From Acutalibacteraceae bacterium (GTDB taxonomy: Bacteria; Bacillota; Clostridia; Oscillospirales; Acutalibacteraceae), in contig JAZNUD010000018.1 in NCBI GenBank assembly GCA_045592085.1, positions 5,145 through 69,144 of the forward strand: 64,000 nucleotides of DNA. Direction: 5' to 3'. The translations under genes and the position numbers were made by a program. Under the pieces are notes generated by a model. The model did no database searches. It saw only the letters and a list, made by a program, of their open reading frames with translations, and had not been told where the DNA came from. Each line of letters begins with the position of its first letter. Positions within the stretch are counted from its first letter, which is position 1. Shown here piece after piece: positions 60,601 to 64,000 of this stretch.

Positions 60601-63152
60601 CATACGAAGGCACAACAGACGTTGTTGTTTCCACAACATCAACAGTCAAGATTTCCGACAGCGATGTAACTCTTGTTGCTGTTTGGAATGTAAACGAATA
60701 CAGACTTAACTACATCGGTGCATCAGGCGTTCATGAATATTTCATGGTTGATTACGGCACACCCGCTGCAGAGTGGCCCGTTCCCGCGGAGAATCCCGTG
60801 AAGACAGGTAGCTACTTCAACGGCTGGAAAGAATCAACATACGCAACAATGCCCACAGAGGTTGTTAACATCCAGGCTAACTGGGTTGTTGAAACCTATA
60901 AGTTCCAGTTCAATAACACAGGCGACACAACTTACGGCGAAAATAACATCGTAACCGTAACTTACGGCGAAGCATTCGACGGCGTTGCAGATCCCGAATG
61001 GGCAGGCTACGTATTCCTTGGTTGGGATGACGAAATTCCTGCTAACATCGAAGATCTCGGTGAAGACGGCGAAATCGTCAAGGTATTCACCGCAAGCTGG
61101 AGAGAAGAAAACTACGTTCTTCACTTCGCTAACACCGGTGATACAACAATCGCTGATAAGAACGTTAAGTTCGGCGACACAATCGCTGCAACAGCAGATC
61201 CCGAATGGGCAGGTCACGTATTCGCAGGTTGGGACGTAACACCTCCCACAGAAATCGGCGACCTCGGCAATGACGGTGCAACAATCACCTACACTGCAAA
61301 GTGGACAAAGGAAACATATATCCTTCACTTCGCTAACACCGGCGACACAGTAATCGCTGACAAGAACGTAACGTTCGGCGACACAATCGCTGCAACTCCC
61401 GATCCTGTTAAGGCAGGTTACAACTTCGCAGGTTGGGACGTAACACCTCCCACCACGATCGGTGACCTCGGCGACAACGGTGAAACAATCACCTACACCG
61501 CATCCTGGACAATCGATCAGTTCACAATCACCTTCGATTCAGACGAAGGCACAGCAGTTGCTCCCATCACAGAGGATTACATGACGGTTATCGAAGCTCC
61601 CACAGCTCCCACAAAGACCGGTAACGTATTCTCACATTGGATCAACACAAAGGATAACTCCACGGTAACATTCCCGATCGAGATGCCCGCTGAAAACCTT
61701 AACCTCAAGGCAATCTGGACAGTTGAAGCTTACACAATCAAGTTTGCTGATACAGACGATGCAGGCACAGTTATCACAAAGGACGTTAAGTTCGGTGACA
61801 CAATCACCGTTCCCTCAGGTCTTGTAAAGACAGGTTACGTATTTGACGGCTGGACAGATGCAGACGGCAACGATGCAACTCCTCCCACCGCAATCGGTGA
61901 CCTCGGCGAAAACGGCGCTGTTATCACATACACAGCAAAGTGGAGAGAAAAGACCTACACACTCAAGTTTGTTGACACCGGTGACGTAACAATCGCTGAT
62001 AAGAACGTTAAGTTCGGCGACACAATCGAAGTTCCCACCGACCTCACAAAGGAAGGCCAGGGCTACTACTTCACAGGCGCATGGAAGGATGCAAACGGCA
62101 ACGCTGCAACTCCTCCCGCAACAATCAATGATATGGGCGCTGACGGTGCAGAATTCACTTACGTTGCACAGTGGGCAAAGGAAACCTACACAATCGCATT
62201 CAACTCAGACGGCGGTTCAGAAGTTGAATCTATCGTTAAGCAGTACGGCGATATGGTAACCGTTCCCGCAAATCCGACCAAGACAGGTCACGGCTTCGTT
62301 CAGTGGAACGACGCTGAAGGCAACAAGTATGACATTCAGCTCATTATGCCCGACCTCGGCGAAAACAACACAACAATCACTCTCACAGCTCAGTGGCAGA
62401 AGAACGTTTACACCGTTAATTTCTACGATGCATACGGCGAAATCTTCACCACAGCATCAATTGAGTACGATGCAGACATCGCAGATTACGTTCCCGCAAC
62501 TCTTCCCGAGAAGGAACACTACATCACACTCGGTTGGTCAACCGTTCAGGGTGACAACGTTGCAATTACCGACTTTGGCAAGATGCCCGCAAACGACAAG
62601 CTTGCTTACTACCCCGTACTTGAAAGAGTAAAGGTAACTCTCGCTCTTAAAGAGGGCACAACAGCAGAGGCATTCGAGATTGACGAAACCAATCCTGATC
62701 TCAAGGTAGGTTATATCCGCGGTCTTGATACTCAGCTCACAAAGGCTGCTCTCGAAAGCACATATCTCGGTGTAACCGGTGACGGTGCACTCAGAATCAC
62801 TCCCAGCTGGAACGCATTCAATATCTGCGGTACAGGCACAATGGTTGAAGTTATCGATAACGTTGAAAACGAAGTAGTTGAAGTTTACTACATTGTTATC
62901 TACGGTGACGTAAACGGCGACTCGGCAGTCAGCGCAACAGATATTCCTGCAATCAACAAGGAAGTGCTCGGTGCAACAGCATGGTCAATCGAAGGCGATG
63001 CTGAATACAGCAAAGCAAAGGTTCTTGCAGCAGACCTCAGAGATGACGGCGAAGACGCAGTTGTTAACGGTCTTGATGCAACACTCATCCGCGATGTAAC
63101 TCTTTCAGTTGCTTACATCGATCAGACAACAGGCGAAGTTATTTATTACTAA
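54681..63152 (+). CDS. Giant secreted protein with InlB B-repeats, internal cohesin-like domain and C-terminal X-module/dockerin-like domain
   Basis: GGAGG RBS with TTG start; signal peptide; GY.F.GW repeats; CGTGT...YGDVNGDSAVSATD...ADLRDDGEDAVVNGLD. Confidence 0.85.
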   Translation: MSKAKKLISMLLAILMVMSVAPASVIASAVEPSATFKAPDTSLLTYSTDTSGTSEVIRVAGGAGLFTRGTTVVAATPSGIPKNDSGTYMHIAYDGETPEFPLVSFKITGTKPTKNPTIASNLGSNLTLKAETVGAQQSDGSYLYTWRVTGGTASQGSVVTYTITYYVEGNNDAQYAYAYSYVEDILIMNGYVAFKRLNNNKHRPATCHSNIVQIGGRNVYSGWYNDTAQLSQRGYVNYASGNALSGASLKGAGSEAAMSTDADGYILSTEATVSGTPYGALIKQSYNQDGNENSTTINVCYGLDGNRTESKIYIDKRNETLQSLNVRITLQAGEAGDGSDHGSGETGGNDSYPWPGTNLGGIDVLSGPISFGQTDSWDTVKSKSISLISIGEISLSSNKTSIADNANYDYIVTHMSGSGPALQNGTTSYQNTTLVYAWETDTNGKGSGSNYETGAIGTTFIVYTTVDLYNIFYGIMAGKNITTGASSYTCSDYIKYVANSGETPATSSNLTINFTKGAHPQSTQYGTGWDAFLAAYQEAGKILSKPNTNQTEINNAAVALINAYNGLGGFNNNVNYTIKHVLAGGSQTEIVNATTEGYTAAAQQGTVAAGTKITAYAATIPGYTVSSDSVKTVTFSGKNAEETITFEYQPVNVNVNADTNNESLSNVNVNGEEKNLVIQYYPVPYRGTFNVSTATTGDGDPTRPGVGTKAHWEFVGWYRAEPADGVSWDESQRITSTIEMTSLNPVNIYARWDTAPISMYAMPMIDDGTVINNGNEINLGSVKPTPDGKPVDFNRPAASIMTLEGYEFVGYYESYNGGFMNAVSFPVAFTLGDSDKHIVARYADVNNKIIFESNGGTHCDDFTYTVGVPFTAADLPTPTKVGYSFAGWYRDVDLSNPLFTEDAPSVTMNTSTGIVVYAKWEAKPLTVKFDTALGASTTKYDTKTISDRVGVVNEVLPSEDVPANPRRFGYTFEGWLYNGNPFSFENPLPVADDEITLVATWSKTDDSAFIELNAIEKNLGQEIYLDTDDSTDEDDIVQHGDLITVRMTSKTNFSVGSSLFIFMYDADFYELQGSGKDAFTLNYDDSYIGGINAKYSAVTNSSSLPWPDGADSTTYNAIQIAIDPTVTADDFNCEPMDGKTWMIEFKLKVKDTAAGEGTIYMDNAWTRTPDNIMGTMFYGWAKDSTVSVIETENNKVTPDLVDATRTLKIDTEEPVKTTVNLDANGGAWADNDTTKTYANGNAGSEIAGYTRPDRLGYTLEENAWYAVKDDTTSAQWIEGYYPPEDTLTATYYANWTPNNYPVVFHWDQGSDEIYTEISVPYETQIAADAVTAPSRQGYSFAGWTDADGNLVTLPTQMNVADENGYHLYATWTPATDTKFTIKVNYTLQNTGANASISQQKDKANVAFQGTTGQRVALVESVPADADPNTLYITVDQLAAVQQGNYLYNAALNTPDEFGHIDTETIAGDGSTVLEVWYEAKMMTFTFNANGGTFADGKDILTKSGKFLTAFGGLADSELPTRQGYDFAGWKTSATTNTTATLATTFNREITYYAHWTPKKAHVRFMLSETEQYGTLIEVDVGKAPATPADPVKAGWTFLGWNTDPDATTGVKTIPVVNEVDSADGYAITYYAIYTKTPYTFVYYVTDPVTGAVEQIGETETYFMDDVVTVKGTDGADLVKKGYTFNGWTIDGEAAGATFEMPDANVEVYGTYTAKTIKVKFYADEGAYAGGEAYIEVDSTFNEAINVPAEAQNPSKAGYDFAGWATAADAETGSTSLGTLTEEAASFYAVYAPQKHTYYIDVYEMGLDGQYPADPTRTETAEGYVDDTVEITSADNVTGFTLATPATQSGVVPATGDLRFTVKYERNKYTVNYIVEGTETPVEYYFGATIDAANEPAKVKKGHSFTAWSPALPETMPAGDLETTAQFNANSYTVTYKDGDAVIGTATVVYDNDIPSKPADASNPSKTGYTFLGYAYEGTTDVVVSTTSTVKISDSDVTLVAVWNVNEYRLNYIGASGVHEYFMVDYGTPAAEWPVPAENPVKTGSYFNGWKESTYATMPTEVVNIQANWVVETYKFQFNNTGDTTYGENNIVTVTYGEAFDGVADPEWAGYVFLGWDDEIPANIEDLGEDGEIVKVFTASWREENYVLHFANTGDTTIADKNVKFGDTIAATADPEWAGHVFAGWDVTPPTEIGDLGNDGATITYTAKWTKETYILHFANTGDTVIADKNVTFGDTIAATPDPVKAGYNFAGWDVTPPTTIGDLGDNGETITYTASWTIDQFTITFDSDEGTAVAPITEDYMTVIEAPTAPTKTGNVFSHWINTKDNSTVTFPIEMPAENLNLKAIWTVEAYTIKFADTDDAGTVITKDVKFGDTITVPSGLVKTGYVFDGWTDADGNDATPPTAIGDLGENGAVITYTAKWREKTYTLKFVDTGDVTIADKNVKFGDTIEVPTDLTKEGQGYYFTGAWKDANGNAATPPATINDMGADGAEFTYVAQWAKETYTIAFNSDGGSEVESIVKQYGDMVTVPANPTKTGHGFVQWNDAEGNKYDIQLIMPDLGENNTTITLTAQWQKNVYTVNFYDAYGEIFTTASIEYDADIADYVPATLPEKEHYITLGWSTVQGDNVAITDFGKMPANDKLAYYPVLERVKVTLALKEGTTAEAFEIDETNPDLKVGYIRGLDTQLTKAALESTYLGVTGDGALRITPSWNAFNICGTGTMVEVIDNVENEVVEVYYIVIYGDVNGDSAVSATDIPAINKEVLGATAWSIEGDAEYSKAKVLAADLRDDGEDAVVNGLDATLIRDVTLSVAYIDQTTGEVIYY
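61119..61526 (+). repeat. Intragenic tandem repeat, 204-bp period (68-aa B-repeat)
   Basis: CTTCACTTCGCTAACACCGG at 61119 and 61323 with highly similar downstream sequence; more diverged copies on both sides. Confidence 0.85.
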
Positions 63153-63161
63153 TTAAAAAAT

Positions 63162-63192
63162 TGTCTGCGGGCGGCTTGCCCGTCCGCAGACA
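63162..63192 (+). other. Intergenic GC-rich hairpin without U-tract
   Basis: TGTCTGCGGGCGG-cttgc-CCGTCCGCAGACA. Confidence 0.7.
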
Positions 63193-63254
63193 GCCAACGC
63201 ATAAATTTTGCTAAAGGCGAAAGAGATAAGTTTTCAAGGAGGAAATAAAAGCAT

Positions 63255-64000
63255 ATGACAAAAGCTAAAAAACTCGTTGCGCTTATGCTTGCTTTTTTGA
63301 TGATTTTCAGCTCAGTTTCTGTCCTTGCTTCAGCCATGTCTGACACGGTTGACAGCGGAGTAACACTGGGTATTTCAACGAAATTCTTCAAAGAAGTTGA
63401 CGGTGTCTGGACCGAGACAACCAAGGTCAATCCTAAGGAAACAGACACTGTTAAAGCACGAGTATATCTGGAAACAGACTATTACTCAGGCGATAGCACT
63501 TTGCTTTTCTTCTACGATAAGGACTTCTTTACTCACAGCTATGCGGAAGCAGGTCAGGTTGCTCTTGCAATCAATCCTGCAGCAACAAACGGTGTAACCG
63601 GTTACTTTGTAACAAACGCTAACCTTCAGGGTCAGGTTGATGCAGGTTACATCTCCGCAGATCAGCTCAACGAATACGGCGTTTTTGCAGTTAACCTTGC
63701 AACAAACGGCACAACAGTTAAGCATGACGGCAGCGACTGGCTCTTCGAGTTTGAACTTGAAGTTCTTGACACTGCAGCAGGTGAGGGCGACCTTTTCACA
63801 GTTGAAGAGCTCTATCAGACAACAACAAGAACAAAGGCACTCGGTGACGTTCCCAAGGGCGTTGCAGGCGGTGCAAGCGACGATGCATGGTCCATGTGGG
63901 TCTGGGATGCAACTTTCGATTTCGAAAGCCAGCCCATCTCAACAATCAGCTCCGTAACATTTGATGCTAACGGCGGTACATTCGCAGGCGGCGCAGATAC
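63255..64000 (+). CDS. Secreted protein with N-terminal cohesin-like domain followed by a B-repeat (partial)
   Basis: Not in the ORF track. AAGGAGG RBS; MTKAKKLVALMLAFLMIFSSVSVLASA signal peptide; VKARVYLETDYYSG..LLFFYDKDFF...WLFEFELEV; ends with VTFDANGGTF at the window edge. Confidence 0.8.
   Translation, partial: MTKAKKLVALMLAFLMIFSSVSVLASAMSDTVDSGVTLGISTKFFKEVDGVWTETTKVNPKETDTVKARVYLETDYYSGDSTLLFFYDKDFFTHSYAEAGQVALAINPAATNGVTGYFVTNANLQGQVDAGYISADQLNEYGVFAVNLATNGTTVKHDGSDWLFEFELEVLDTAAGEGDLFTVEELYQTTTRTKALGDVPKGVAGGASDDAWSMWVWDATFDFESQPISTISSVTFDANGGTFAGGAD

Noticed and set aside
61119-61526. CRISPR-like array
   Set aside because: The repeats are in-frame 204-bp coding units without unique spacers, and there are no cas genes.
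172-63957. Numerous short alternative-frame and antisense ORFs in the track, and upstream start extensions (e.g. 4832, 6537, 9828, 11369, 17369, 42572, 54633)
   Set aside because: They are shadows of well-supported genes without RBS or motifs; downstream starts with better RBS were chosen.
42587-64000. Classical cellulosome (scaffoldin plus cellulases)
   Set aside because: No tandem type-I cohesins, CBM3 or glycoside hydrolase motifs were recognised.

Overview
Chromosomal window from a spore-forming clostridial Firmicute (probably Oscillospirales/Ruminococcaceae-like, inferred from spoVAD, a T-box leader, dockerin-like tails and sigma-A-type promoters). In order: (1) cell-envelope genes (partial GT-C-like membrane protein, FAD oxidoreductase, LCP ligase) and an MFS transporter; (2) an Asn-type T-box-controlled tRNA transamidation operon in which a non-discriminating AspRS is fused in frame to GatC and GatA has lost its Ser-cisSer-Lys catalytic triad; (3) a Wzx/Wzy polysaccharide locus with two full-length Wzc-like kinases, containing a RiPP-like cassette (ABC exporter, PqqD/RRE, radical SAM-SPASM, YxxP-leader peptide, HprK-like kinase, S24/S26 peptidase, nucleotidyltransferase) that overlaps the priming glycosyltransferase; (4) an orphan spoVAD coupled through a 46-aa ORF to a cyclic beta-1,2-glucan synthase; (5) three giant secreted non-catalytic proteins plus a fourth cut by the window edge, with dockerin-like, cohesin-like and InlB B-repeat modules, preceded by a repeated TGTAAAG-N8-CTTTAC palindrome and a long structured 5' UTR. 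No rRNA, tRNA, CRISPR or transposase was recognised. All calls come from motif reading by eye; no searches were run.
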